Source of the DNA: Leptogorgia sarmentosa
Lineage: Eukaryota
DNA length: 64,000 nt
Assembly (NCBI GenBank): GCA_964658305.1
Contig: OZ210885.1
Span: 9,548,001 to 9,612,000, forward strand
Reading direction: 5' to 3'
Shown: one piece after another, positions 10,717-22,747 of the stretch
How positions within the stretch are numbered: the stretch's first letter is position 1
Layout of the letters: each line of letters begins with the position of its first letter
Notes under the pieces: model-generated
What the model was told of the DNA's origin: nothing
Seen by the model: the letters and a program-made list of their open reading frames with translations, nothing else
Databases searched by the model: none
Made by a program: the position numbers and the translations under genes

Positions 10717-10801
10717 TCCTCTTTTGCTGAGGGGTGACAGAACTGGTCTAGAAAAACAGCTAGGAAACCAAAGGTCCAGAGTTCAAATCTCTGATGAGGC
10801 T
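10717..10801 (+). pseudogene. Degenerate tRNA-Thr with 12-nt anticodon-loop insert
   Basis: CTGGTCTAGAAAAACAGCTAGGAAACCA..GAGTTCAAATCTCTGATGAGGC; related to 41776. Confidence 0.7.
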
Positions 10802-10939
10802 TTGTGAATAAGTTTTCATTCATTTCTTTTTTTGTAATTGGTTACAAAGTACGCAGTTAACTATCGAGATTGAATGAGATGTGTCACCTGAAACAAAATT
10901 TTTGGAGTGAGTTTATTTCATGAAAAACACGTGATAATA

Positions 10940-11002
10940 CGGGAATTGGCGCCGGGCCATGGCGGCGAAAACGCCAGATCCTAACCACTGGACCACATGG
11001 GA
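10940..11002 (-). pseudogene. 3'-truncated tRNA-Glu(TTC)
   Basis: 5' half and anticodon present; T arm and 3' acceptor strand decayed. Confidence 0.65.
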
Positions 11003-11047
11003 GTGATAACTTGTTGACTATTCCTGTGTTACAAAGCCAGTTTGATC

Positions 11048-11118
11048 TGCTTTGGCGGGGAATGGAACCCCGGTCTTCCGCGTGGCAGGCGAGAATTCTA
11101 CCACTGAACCACCAACGC
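11048..11118 (-). tRNA. TRNAG-GCC: tRNA-Gly(GCC), degenerate
   Basis: Gly body with several substitutions including T loop. Confidence 0.6.
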
Positions 11119-11399
11119 AAAGTTATCTACTCTTTTCGTTGTAATGTTCATATTCGACAAGATGCCGATCATTTACACCAAACACCTTCAAATAATAAAT
11201 CAGAGTAAGTTCTAGGAAATAGTTACACTTTAAACATGATCAGCAAAATAAATATTTTTGTTGAAAAGCAAGATCATGTCAACAAAGACTTAAATACAGA
11301 AAACACCAAAAGAATGGGTAAGAGGGATAGAGCTAGTATAATAGCAATGGTCTTGCTAATTTTTCAAATTGCATTTTTCCCCTTCTCTCGCAAGTATTA

Positions 11400-11471
11400 T
11401 TTCAATTGCGGGAATCGAACCCGGGCCTTGGCGGTGAGAGCGCCAATTCCTGACCACTGGACCACAAGGGA
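11400..11471 (-). pseudogene. tRNA-Glu(CTC), broken acceptor stem
   Basis: Anticodon CTC and B box present; 3' acceptor strand mismatched. Confidence 0.65.
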
Positions 11472-11567
11472 GAAAAATTTATCTTTTCTCGGAATGTGAA
11501 AATAACGATAATATTTTTAATTTGAATTTCGAAGAAAATTTCGAGAGACAGCGTGGCCAGAAGTGCT

Positions 11568-11640
11568 TGACCTTGAAGTGAATTGAACGCTTAACCTTCT
11601 GATCTGGAGTCAGACGCGCTACCAATTGCGCCACAAGGTC
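11568..11640 (-). tRNA. TRNAW-CCA: tRNA-Trp(CCA)
   Basis: GACCTTGTGGCGCAATTGGTAGCGCG tctga-CT CCA GA-tcaga. Confidence 0.85.
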
Positions 11641-11720
11641 GTAGCGCTGTTAAAATGGTTTGGTTTCAGAGAACGAGTTTGAAAATGTGAACACAGCTGC
11701 TTCAAATTTTCAGAAAAAAA

Positions 11721-11792
11721 TTCCCACCCCGGGAATTGAACCCGGCCCATGGCAGTGAAAACGCCAGATCCTAACCACTAGACCACATGGGA
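11721..11792 (-). tRNA. TRNAE-UUC: tRNA-Glu(TTC)
   Basis: TT TTC AC loop; some substitutions. Confidence 0.7.
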
Positions 11793-11882
11793 GTGATAAC
11801 TTGTTGACTATTCCTGTGTTACAAACCCAGTTTGTTTCTCGTGTTGCAGTTGAAATTAAAATGCAACAAAATGAAAATAATG

Positions 11883-11953
11883 AGCGTTAGCGGGGAATCG
11901 AACCCCGGTCTCCCGCGTGGCAGGCGAGAATTCAACCACTGAATCACCAACGC
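11883..11953 (-). tRNA. TRNAG-GCC: tRNA-Gly(GCC)
   Basis: Gly body, D-arm substitutions. Confidence 0.7.
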
Positions 11954-12232
11954 AAAGTTGCACAATCATTTCGTTATAATGTTCATATTCCACAAGGTCC
12001 CGAACATGTTCACCAAACACCTTCAAATAATAAATCAGAGTAAATTCTAGGAAATTGTTGCAGTTTATGCATAATCAGCAAAATATTTTTTTTGGAAAAG
12101 CAAAATCCTGACAACAAAGACTTAAATACAGAAAAAACCAAAAGAATGGGTAAGAGGGATAGAGCTAGCATAATAGCAATGGTTTTGCTAATTTCTCGAA
12201 TTGCATAATTTCCCCTTCTCTCGCAAGTATTA

Positions 12233-12304
12233 TTCCCACGCCGGGAATCGAACCCGGGCCTTGGCGGTGAAAACGCCAGATCCCAACCAGTAGACCACAT
12301 GGCA
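12233..12304 (-). tRNA. TRNAE-UUC: tRNA-Glu(TTC)
   Basis: Glu body, TTC anticodon, a few substitutions. Confidence 0.68.
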
Positions 12305-12359
12305 GTGATAACTTTTCCGGAATATTTCTGTGTTCAAATTCAACAAAATGATAATAATC

Positions 12360-12430
12360 TGCGTTAGCAGGGAATCGAACCCCGGTCTCCCGCGTGGCAG
12401 GCGAGAATTCTACCACTGAACCACCAACGC
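12360..12430 (-). tRNA. TRNAG-GCC: tRNA-Gly(GCC)
   Basis: Near-perfect cloverleaf. Confidence 0.85.
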
Positions 12431-12887
12431 AAAGTTGCTCAATTGTTCATATTCCACAAGATGCCGAACATTTTCACCAAATACCTTCAAATAATAAACA
12501 GAGTAAGTTCCAGGAGATTGTTGCACTTTAAATCTGATCAGCAAAATCAATTTACGTGACGGAGCTACACATTATTTTATTGGAATTTTTTCAATCAATC
12601 GCAGTTAAAATCGAACGATTTTAATACCATTACGAATTTTCAGTGGTCATCGGAATGTATGTATGTATGTATGTATGTAAAACTTTATTGCAATACGCTA
12701 ACTTCGACAATTATTTACAACTGGTTTCCACGAAGGGCGTATACACACAAAGAGCTAAATGTTAATTATATAAAGAACAAAATATGTAAGAATCCCACCC
12801 TAAAATTTCTTTGCCAATTTTCAATAAAAAACGTTAAAAATTGATTAAAGTTAATACATCTATTTCTATATGTTTGCGCATATGTCA

Positions 12888-12960
12888 GTTTCCGTAGTGT
12901 AGTGGTTATCGCATGCGCTTAACACGCGCAAGGTTCTCAGTTCGAACCTGGGCGGAACCT
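12888..12960 (+). tRNA. TRNAV-AAC: tRNA-Val(AAC)
   Basis: tgcgc-TT AAC AC-gcgca; 3' end slightly altered. Confidence 0.72.
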
Positions 12961-13119
12961 GTTGAAACTCAGAACATAAATCCAATCAGGAAGTTAATTA
13001 AACTTAATTTCCCGTATTATCACGTGTTTTCATGAAATAAACTCACTTCAAAAATTTTGTTTCAGGTCATACTTATACAATCTGGAGAATTTAACTGCAT
13101 AATGAATTATTGACACAGC

Positions 13120-13192
13120 TGCCCCATCAGAGAATTGAACTCTGCACCCCTGGTTTGCGAAACAAGTGCACTAACCCCTGAGCTAATGAGGC
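13120..13192 (-). pseudogene. Degenerate tRNA-Thr (loop reads CGC)
   Basis: Thr(CGT) body with multiple substitutions. Confidence 0.65.
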
Positions 13193-13337
13193 GACATGCT
13201 AAAATCTTCCTAGTATGTTTTTTCCAACATAGTACTCTTCCAATAGCTTTTTCATTTCATCAGTTTTAATTCACTGAACAGCACATGGAATACAATCTGG
13301 GCGTTTGTCTTCCACGTCCTTCAAGGTTTTCGAAGAA

Positions 13338-13415
13338 AGCCTCATCAGAGCAGAGATTTGAACTCTGGACCCCTGGTTTACTAGACCAGTGCTCTAACCA
13401 CTGAGCTAATGAGGC
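13338..13415 (-). pseudogene. tRNA-Thr(AGT) with 5-nt duplication (CAGAG)
   Basis: Same lesion at 37496. Confidence 0.75.
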
Positions 13416-13662
13416 AAATTCTTCCCATTGAAACTCAGAATATAAATCCAATTACGGCATTAATTGCCGATAGAATCAGAGGCCAGTTGAACGAAATTCG
13501 GATATCAACTTTATCCACTTGATGGTGATTTTTTCAACAGTTGCAAAAATAGACAAAATGTTGTAAAACTGCACATATGGGCGTGGCAATCAATAAATGA
13601 AGCAGCTTGTGTTCACATTCTTAAACTCGTTCTCTGAAACCAAACCTATTTAACAGCAGTAC

Positions 13663-13735
13663 GACCTTGTGGCGCAATTGATAGCGCGTCTGACTCCAGA
13701 TCAGAAGGTTAAGTGTTCAATTCACTTTAAGGTCA
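13663..13735 (+). tRNA. TRNAW-CCA: tRNA-Trp(CCA)
   Basis: Trp body, D-loop GG changed to GA. Confidence 0.72.
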
Positions 13736-13831
13736 AGCACTTCTGGCCACGCTGTCTCTCGAAATTTTCTACCAAATTCAAATTAAAAATATTATCGTTA
13801 TTTTCACATTCCGAGAAAAGATAAATGTTTC

Positions 13832-13935
13832 TCCCATGTAGTCCAGTGGTCAGGATCTGGCGCTCTCACCGCCAAGGCACGGGTTCGATTCCCTGGTTTA
13901 CGAATCCAGTGCTCTAACCACTGAGCTAATGAGGC
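13832..13935. pseudogene. Tail-to-tail fusion of truncated tRNA-Glu(CTC) (+) and tRNA-Thr(CGT) (-)
   Basis: Glu runs to GGTTCGATTCCCTG, then continues as antisense Thr; CCCTG (13891-13895) shared. Confidence 0.8.
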
Positions 13936-14084
13936 GACACGTTAAAATATTCCTAGCATTTTTTTCTCACGTAGTACTCTTTCAATAGGTTTTTTATTTC
14001 TTCAGTTTTAACTCACTGAACAGCACATGGAATACAATCTGGGCGTTTGTCTTCCACGTTCTTCAATGTTTTCGAAGAAAATAA

Positions 14085-14157
14085 AGCCTCATGAGAGATT
14101 TGAACTCTGGACCCCTGGTTTACAAGAGCAGTGCTCTAACCACTGAGCTAATGAGGC
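14085..14157 (-). tRNA. TRNAT-UGU: tRNA-Thr(TGT)
   Basis: Thr body, stem mismatches. Confidence 0.7.
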
Positions 14158-14398
14158 AACTCCAAAGCTTGCTGCAGAATTATATTACTTTGCCATCCTG
14201 CACTGATGTGATGTTTCAAAATGGTAAAAATAAGAGTGAAGATTATGCAATTGTTTTCTTTCTTCGTAAAACATTACCATTTAGTCTTTGATTGATTTAT
14301 AATACCGAATATATTTCAAGCTAGGAAACGGTACTCTGAGTTCCACTTTAAGATTATTTCGCATTCTCAAAACTAACTTTCTGATAACGATACTTTTG

Positions 14399-14471
14399 AG
14401 CCTCATTAGAGATTTGAACTCTGGTCCCCTGGTTTACAAGACCAGTGCTCTAACCACTGAGCTAATGAGGC
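14399..14471 (-). tRNA. TRNAT-UGU: tRNA-Thr(TGT)
   Basis: Thr body, CT TGT AA loop. Confidence 0.8.
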
Positions 14472-14717
14472 AAATTCTTCCCATTGAAACTCAGAATATA
14501 AATCCAATTACGGCATTAATTGCCGATAGAATCAGAGGCCAGTTGAACGAAATTCGGATATCAACTTTATCCACTTGATGGTGATTTTTTCAACAGTTGT
14601 AAAAATAGACAAAATGTTGTAAAACTGCACATATGGGCGTGGCTATCAATAAATGAAGTGCTTGTGTTCACATTCTCAAACTCGTTCTCTGAAACCAAAC
14701 CATTTTAACACCGCTAC

Positions 14718-14790
14718 GACCTTGTGGCGCAATTGGTAGCGCGTCTGACTCCAGATCAGAAGGTTAAGTGTTCAATTCACTTCAAGGTCA
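14718..14790 (+). tRNA. TRNAW-CCA: tRNA-Trp(CCA)
   Basis: Fully paired cloverleaf. Confidence 0.9.
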
Positions 14791-14886
14791 AGCACTTCTG
14801 GCCACGCTGTCTCTCGAAATTTTCTTCCAAATTCAAATTAAAAATATTATCGTTATTTTCACATTCCGAGAAAAGATAAATGTTTC

Positions 14887-14958
14887 TCCCATGTAGTCCA
14901 GTGGTCAGGATCTGGCGCTCTCACCGCCAAGGCCCGGGTTCGATTCCCTGCATGGGAA
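14887..14958 (+). tRNA. TRNAE-CUC: tRNA-Glu(CTC)
   Basis: TCCCATGTAGTCCAGTGG..CT CTC AC..GGTTCGATTCC. Confidence 0.85.
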
Positions 14959-15410
14959 TAATACTTGCGAGAGAAGGAAAAACCATTGCTATTATAATAG
15001 CTCTATCATTCTTACCCATTCTTTTGGTGTTTTCTGTATTTAAGCCTTTGTTGTCATGATTTTGCTTTTCCAAAACAGTTTCCTAGAATTCTAACCCAGA
15101 ATATTTTCATTTCGTTGCCTTTCAATTTCAATTGCGATAGAAAATCATTCTTGGCATGTTTCATAACCTTAGTTGATTTTGTAGATGGAAAACTACCTTA
15201 CTACAACAAACGGGTTTCGCGTTTTTGAACTAAAAATTGACATTTACAACTGACCTACACTCTCAGCGCTATACTGCCAGTAATATATAGAATAGTGATA
15301 AGAGGTTACCGCGTGGGGCCTGGGCCCAAGGTTGCGTGCGAATAAAATGGATGCTTTAGGATGTTTCTTTCTTAATAATATACGTAAATGTATAGCGTGT
15401 TTGAAAAAGA

Positions 15411-15482
15411 TGCCGTGACCAGGATTCGAACCTGGGTTATTGCGACCACAACGCAATGTACTCACCACTATACGATCACGGC
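15411..15482 (-). tRNA. TRNAH-GUG: tRNA-His(GTG)
   Basis: His body, GTG anticodon. Confidence 0.82.
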
Positions 15483-15614
15483 GACGGCGCTGGAAGATTG
15501 GAAAATGTTTTGGAACGGCTGAGATATTACATTAATCCAATATTTCTCAATAATCAATTCACTGTTCACATTCCACGCCAATATTTTGAAGACTTGGCAT
15601 TACGTAGTCGGCAG

Positions 15615-16930
15615 CAGGGGCGGATCCAGGGGTAGTCAAAGCGATCACGCGACTAACGTAAAAAATGCAGTTTATGAAATTTTTTCTCATCTATTATTCT
15701 AGTGCGAAAATGCGGTCCAGTTTAAAATTTCGTCCAGTTGCACATTAATCTTTTATCTTGTGTCAGTACAAGTGAACAGCGGCCTAGCGCGTGAGTTTTG
15801 ATCGGTCACATTCATCACATGTCAAATTCGCGCAATCCGATTGGCCATTTCGTAGTTCTCCATGGCGACCCAGGTTTTGATCGATCTAGAGGTTGGTCTG
15901 ATCGATCTAGGGGCATGTTGGGGGTGTGTTAGAGCTCATACAAGCCACTCAATTGGCTAATTCAAAAGAGTATCTTCATTCCCATTGGTTGTAATTTCTT
16001 GATCGATCATGACCGATCAGACGTTCAGAGAGCTGGTCTCGTATTAGCGCCTTTTCCATACTGTGAGCCTTGAACGCGAAGGAGAGAATACAGCGAGTAT
16101 TTCACAATGTCTTGTGATATTTTCGAGAGTGTACGCTCGACATTTCAGCAAAACGACCAAGTCTACCCTCAAAATATTATGACGATTTAAAACGCGAGGT
16201 TGAAGCGAGAAGACGTCCATCGGTCGAAGAGTTGTTGAGCGCGATTATATAAACAACATAAACATGTGCCTCAGGCGAAGCTATAGTGCTGAATCGTTCA
16301 TCCCCAAATCTGCTCGAGAAGGGAAAGACAAGATCTGTACTGCAATAAGGTCAAGATATTAGTATTATTTGTTTATTATAATTGCTGGTTTATGTCTTTC
16401 TCATGTTAATAAATACTAAATAGCGTCTATACATTTCTCGCGTTACGCGTCTTGCTTGCGGCAGCCGGCAAGACTTGATATATTCCTATTGGGTAGTCAA
16501 GCATTAAATTTGCATAATTTTGCGCTCTCTTGTTCTAATCCATGCTGAATGCTAATTAAGTAACCGATACACTATTCAAATACACTAGTATTAACACTAC
16601 AGTAGGAGTGTTGTGTTATTTAGAATATATTTATAATATGATTTTATATGTTATGCTTTATTTGTCTGAGTAATATCACACGTGGCCTAGTGTGATGTGT
16701 CATTGCAACCTGATCTCTTTATCGATATCTAAAATCTGACTAGCGTTTCTGATTGGAACATAGACATGGAGTTAGCGATCTAGCCTGGCAACCAGTCAAA
16801 ATTTTGCACATTGCAGTTGCCTGTATTTTTTGCCTTTGCCCCCCCCCCCCCCGTTGTCAAAAAAGTTTCTCCCCCGGAATGTGTCGAAAATTTTTTGACT
16901 AAGGTACGAAAAATCCTGGATCCGCCCCTG
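15615..16930. mobile_element. Non-autonomous hAT element inserted into a tRNA-Ser gene
   Basis: Perfect 16-bp TIR CAGGGGCGGATCCAGG / CCTGGATCCGCCCCTG; left flank is a 12-nt Ser remnant (15603-15614); no matching TSD. Confidence 0.85.
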
Positions 16931-17170
16931 TTCGTCGCAACCTAATTAGTCAAGAACAGAATGCTAACAGCGCTACAGACTGAGCGTTGCTAAGTTGCAG
17001 TTATATCGCTGAAAACCTGAAAGCAATAAAGGTCCACCTGTTGTTTTGTCCCTGGTTATTGCATGCTCAAGTCTGTATTGAATGAGCCCGAAGTGAGGAT
17101 GGAGGCTGCTTTGTTTGGCAATGCTCAATTCAATTTATGATGTTCAACATCATGAAGATTTAGAAATACA

Positions 17171-17222
17171 GATACAAAAGGAGATAAAGATACAAAAGGA
17201 GATAAAGATACAAAAGGAGAGA
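17171..17222. repeat. 18-bp tandem repeat, about 3 copies (GATACAAAAGGAGATAAA)
   Basis: Directly visible. Confidence 0.85.
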
Positions 17223-18880
17223 AACTACCCACAAAAAATGAAATCCTAATTTTAACATTATGTTGAAATTGGGTTAATGTCTGAGTGCGATGTAATAACT
17301 TATCGACAACCAGCAAATCCCCCCCCCCTATCTATACACATTAAATGATGCCACAAGGTTTGACATTTTGAACAACTGGGCCCTTTGTCAGGAAATATTG
17401 TGGGAGATGAGAGACACATGGGGTTATATACAATTGCATTAAGTAATCTATATATGTAGGGGACTAAAATAAAAACCATATTGGAAAACCATTGACAACA
17501 AAGATGTTAATATGTTCACCCTCATAAAAATAATATGTGCACTTTTCCTTAACTATCAACACTGATTCTAGATCAAGGAGCACCTCATGCTTGTCGATTC
17601 TGTTATCCGCTGGTAATACTGACCACATTCTGAAGTTTGTTACTGGACAATTAACGTACCTTAATTTATTTTATAATCTCAGGAAACTAAATGTTCTAAT
17701 TTGGCAGCCTTTTATTCAGGTTGAAAATCAAATTTTTCACACTCTGTATTGTTGTTCAATGATGTCAACAGCTGAACCAATCACATTTCTATAAGGAGAT
17801 AAGAAAATGGGCAGAGCCAGTGTTAATTTTGACAAGAAACCAACAATTTCATTGATGTTTCATAGACCAACTAAATGTTGTGGTCTACTTTATTATAACA
17901 TAACCCAAACAAAAAATCAGTACCCCCTCCCCTTGTTCTCCCCCACCCTCCATCTATACTCTAAGCTATCGGCAAAGTACAGGAATATATAATAAATGAG
18001 GTAATCAATGTGAGGATTATATATACTGTAGCTACCATGTTTAAGACCTGATCATGACCAGGGATGGGAAGTAAAACACTTAATGTTCTTTGGCAGTATC
18101 TGTGGCAGTTTGATTTTGTTTGGACAGTATTATATGACAACTGAGCAATAACAACCAACCATCTGCACAAATACAAGATAAATCTACATGAACTTAAAGT
18201 CATTACTCAACAGGTGACTTCTATACCTCGGTCGGTCAGAATGCTGGTCTGGAATATCACGGTTACAATTCCTGACAGTCAGGTTTCATAGATTCAAACA
18301 GTTTATAAAACTTATCATAAGCTAACAAATCTGACAATGAAAATTAAAGTAAAATGTGCGAGAGGCAGGGGATTTTTCCAGTAAGTGGCAGAAAGAAACT
18401 CATGTCTAGTTTGACAGTTTATGTACATGCAAACTGGAATTTAAGGAATGAAAACATGTGGGCAAAAAACATGCATGATTTGTTTTGCAGTTTCAGGCCC
18501 AGTCATATTCTTTCTGCAATAAAATTAGGATTTCACATTCAATGCATTATTTTCAATCAGCAATTCAATCCATCCAGATTGAAATCAAAATCAAAATGGA
18601 CTCAATCCAGAATGAGTTGAAACTCAATTCAGATTGATGTAGTCAAATCTAATCCAATCCCTTATCAGCCTTATGATTTCAAAACACAAATGAAATATGT
18701 AGGTCTGATCTAAATCAGTTAAACACAACCTAAATTCAATTGTCATTTGAAATTTGCACTGAAATATAACATCAGTATAGGTTGACGGTAAATCAATATG
18801 GTTTTATAGAACTTCACTCAATGTGAAAAATTTTGAGGGGAGTTAATGTGTCTTGATATTGAGTAAAAATTATACACGTG

Positions 18881-19094
18881 CAGGGGCGCCATGGACTGAA
18901 ATGCAGCAGGGAAAGCTTTGTGGAAAGGGCACCGAAGTGTCAGAGTCAAGACCCTGTGTGGGGTTCCATAGGGTTACAGTCTTACAAATGCCATTTCATG
19001 TGGGGTTTTTTGTTCACATGTGAATCAGTTGCCCTTGCAATGTTAGGGCAGCCGGTTGTTACAATCAGTTGCCCTTGTTGCTCCAGTGCCCCTG
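18881..19094. mobile_element. Old hAT-type MITE
   Basis: CAGGGGC...GCCCCTG ends; flanks TACACGTG / TACGCATG (6/8 TSD). Confidence 0.55.
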
Positions 19095-20070
19095 TACGCA
19101 TGAGGGATTGTTAAAATCCCAACAAGGGGCAGTTGAGAATAATTCATCAACTATAAGATTCCCTGCCAGGAAACAAACCTATGTCTGTATGATGCCGGGG
19201 CTCTGCTCTGCTTTGAACACTAAGCCACACAGTACTAATAGTTGATGATTTTCCCTTTACCGTTTCTGGTTGCAATCTCAACAGGTGTACTCTATGATTT
19301 GCATTCAAAGACACAAGACATATTATTACTAAAAATCAGTACAGGTTATCTGGCAATTATCTTCCGCATTTATGCATCATTATAGAATGCATGACATTAC
19401 TGTGGACTGCACATTAACTAAATCATTTGAACGACACGGAATCAACAAAGGCCTCTCAAATTAATGAGACAATCAATATTATCTATGACATAATAAACCC
19501 ACAATAATCTAATGGCATACATGAAAATATGTTTACTTTCATATTCATCATAAATCAACAGTACTACATGACTGTATATTTTACAAGCACTTTGATTTCA
19601 TCAAATGAAACAAATAAAATGCAATATAACCAAAGTACGACAAATTTGCCAGAAGACAGAGAAATTTCAATATAAGATTGCATCAATGTCTTTAATAAAA
19701 CATACTGCAATGATCACAAGATAATGTCTCAAGTTGAATAAAATGTAACTGACCGTAAATGAAAGTTCAAATTGTAACAATATTTACCTTGAATTGCGAC
19801 TTTTCTGTGTCCGTGAAACCAAACAACGAAAGATTTTAGAACGATTTCGAATCTTGTTCGAAAGATAAGCAATAAATTTCTGTTGATGTTGTAAAATACC
19901 TTCTCAAATTCCAGCAAGAAGACCAGACGCCTCTTCTGCGAAATTTCCCGAGCCTCAAAATAACATGACGTCATTATTGGAAGAAGTGACGACAATCTAC
20001 GAAGATCTTACGAAGAACAATCGGAGAGCAGAATTAGAAAACTAGGTACGCAGTGAGTCAAATGAATATA

Positions 20071-21198
20071 GGTAGCCCTATAAGCCGCACGCATGACGTA
20101 GCATGCAGTAGTAAAATATGATAAGGTTGGCAAGCAAAAAAATATCAGTCGCTATGGCTTAAAACAAGTCGAAAAGAATGAACGTCTAACAAACTTCGCT
20201 AAAAAATAGCAGCCCCTACTTCGAGGATAGTATTACTAAATATATGTACAACGTTTTCTGGCAACAAAACGAGTGAAAAAGTCGAAAACAAATGAAAGGT
20301 TCTTTGAAATTGCCGTGTCTCGATGCTGGATGCCTGTTGTCTTGCAAAATTGCCGTTTGAAATGACGAATACGCAATCCTATTGGTTATAAAAAACCCGA
20401 CATAACAGCCCACTAATAGGATTGCTCCCAGAAGCAGGGCCTGCGATTTTTAGGCAAGTTTGTTTACGAGACGTAGATTTTTTCGACTTTTAATTATTTT
20501 AAGCAGTAGTGAGTGATATTATCATTTACTTGCCAACCTTATCATATTAGGGACCGTTCATTTAATATGTCGGAGGGGGGACCGGTAAACCTTTCATAAT
20601 CTTAAACAAAATCATATAGCCCCCCCTAAATATCAGAAGAAATTCGTCTGCACCACCCCCCCCCGCAAAGGAGAGCGAAATTGTATGACCCCTCCCCTCC
20701 CCCCTTACTCCCACTTAACGCAAATTTGGAATGTGGGAGTACAAAAGGGTAATGGAAATTTATTTGGCTATTGCATTTTGAATATTACGATTTTATAACT
20801 TGTAGAGAGCAAGGCCGATGAATCTCTTTGATTTCGGCGAAACGTAAAAACGACCAAGTAAATAGTTGGTAGTTTCCACTGGGAATTGTTCACAGCATTT
20901 TCAAATTGGCACAAGGTTGCCAATGTACTGCAAATCTGATTTTTCATCCTGTGTCATTGTAATCTACTTTTGAGATTCTGTTGGAATTAATAAAATCCTT
21001 TTTGCAAGTTTGTAGGCTGTACCAGAAATTTATATGCCCCCCCTCTTCACCACTTATAATTCAGTTGCCCCCCCCCGATATACATTAAAAATCGTACAAC
21101 CCCCATATATTCTTACCATCCCCACCCTCCGACATATTAAATGAACGGTCCCTTATACTACTGAATGCTACGTCATGCGTGCGGCTTGTTGGGCTACC
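20071..21198. mobile_element. Fold-back non-autonomous DNA element with long TIRs, hosting a nested MITE
   Basis: GGTAGCCC..AAGCCGCACGCATGACGTAGCAT.. versus ..ATGCTACGTCATGCGTGCGGCTT..GGGCTACC; TA flanks; related arm at about 48245-48395. Confidence 0.75.
20550..21152. mobile_element. PIF/Harbinger-type MITE
   Basis: 28-bp TIR GGGACCGTTCATTTAATATGTCGGAGGG; TTA TSD on both sides. Confidence 0.88.
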
Positions 21199-21703
21199 TA
21201 TGATGTGATTGGCCATTTAGAATGTTAAAATGGGTTACACTGAATGCCTTACCCCTAAATGTTTGGAAATGACTGGAAATTTCGGGGGAAAGAACCGGAT
21301 TATTTGCTTGCAGCATTTCATATCTGTTAATTGAAAAAAAAAGCTACTACCAACAACGTGATAAAAAAGGCCTGGGACAACATGATTGAAATTTTTCATT
21401 GTACGTATTTTGGACTGTTCAGTTTGCATATTATACAAGATCACTTGCTGATTCCAAACATATGAACTTCATATGCACGGTTTCCATGGTTACTCAGCCA
21501 AATCCTTCTTTATATGTGTGTCTAAAAAACTGTTACTCGAACGAAAATTCAAATAATCATTGTTTATGACTAATCGTTTTCAAGTATCAGTGGATATATA
21601 TAACAAGAATCGTAGTATGTGCATCTTAACCGTTTGGGTCGCATATTTCACATCAGGCCGCTTTAAACAATTTGAAAGGTTTCCAGTTTATAGGTATGAT
21701 AAG

Positions 21704-21775
21704 AAGGAACGGGCGGATTTGAACCACCGACCTCTCGATCTGCAGTCGAATGCTCTACCACTGAGCTACACTCCC
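21704..21775 (-). tRNA. TRNAC-GCA: tRNA-Cys(GCA)
   Basis: GGGAGTGTAGCTCAGTGGTAGAGCA ttcga-CT GCA GA-tcgag..GGTTCAAATCC. Confidence 0.88.
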
Positions 21776-22084
21776 TGTGTAGTCTACAAGGTTAATTACG
21801 TACATGCACTTTCAAACGCAGGCAGCTATAATCAATTCACGGACCTCTATTTTTTCAATATTACATTCAAATGGAAAATCATTCTTGGCATGTTTCATAA
21901 CCTTGACACAATAAAAAACGGGACTTCTTTCCGTTGATTTTGTAGATGGAAAACTAGGACCTTGAATCTGTCACTTTAAACACTCAGCCACCACCACCGA
22001 GAACAGAGTCTCCTCATTGAGTTTTTCCCCCAAAAATTCATGTTTACAATTCGAGGCCAAAATTTTAAAGACTTTGCATAACAT

Positions 22085-22624
22085 AAATTTCAAACCGATT
22101 GCAGAAGCTTCATAACAGATGTGCCAGAATCATAATGAATTGCAAAAACGAGCATGGTCCGTCAGTTTTGGCCCGTGGTCTTCTTGGATGGAATACCCTT
22201 CAAGGACAAAGGGCCCACCTAAATCATAGCCAGACTTATGTATAAGATTTTGCATAACATGACACCAACAAAACTACGCCACATTCTAATTATGTCTAAT
22301 ACTATTCATCACTATAATTTACGACGGTCCGATCGACACTGCTCATTATCTTCCGCGTCCGGAAACTGAATATCGCAAACAATGTTTTAGTTTTAGAGGA
22401 CCTATAATGTGAAATTCCTTACCTGAACACGTAAGGAATAGTGAATCTCTGACCATATTTAATAATTAAATTTCCAATGCCAGCCTGACTAATACCTAAT
22501 AATTAACTTATATAGCTAACTGTATATCCTTTAAAGAATGTTTGTATGTAATAGTAATTTTGTAAATACACGTCCCACTTAAGTGGCTAACGTGTTGAAA
22601 TAAAGTTTTACCTACCTAGCTACC
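22085..22624 (+). mobile_element. 5'-truncated, decayed CR1/L2-group LINE 3' end
   Basis: Translates RLQKLHNRCARIIMNCK..LLGWNTL..LMYKILHNM; ends with AATAAA and a short CCTA-like repeat tail. Confidence 0.7.
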
Positions 22625-22747
22625 TTTGTTGGCGGAGAAAGAGAGCTGAGAATGTCAATAGACTCGTGGAACCAGTTCTTGACGCAAAGGAATGTTAAAT
22701 GGGTTTTCAACCAACCCAGAGCATCTCACCACGGAGGTGTCTGGGAG
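22625..22747 (+). mobile_element. BEL/Pao LTR-retrotransposon integrase fragment
   Basis: [41 protein letters not shown] resembles the BEL/Pao FVG..W.FNPP.ASH.GGVWE motif. Confidence 0.75.

Noticed and set aside
16931..20060. Possible host gene on the minus strand (donor-like site near 19787)
   Set aside because: No recognisable protein motif or consistent exon chain
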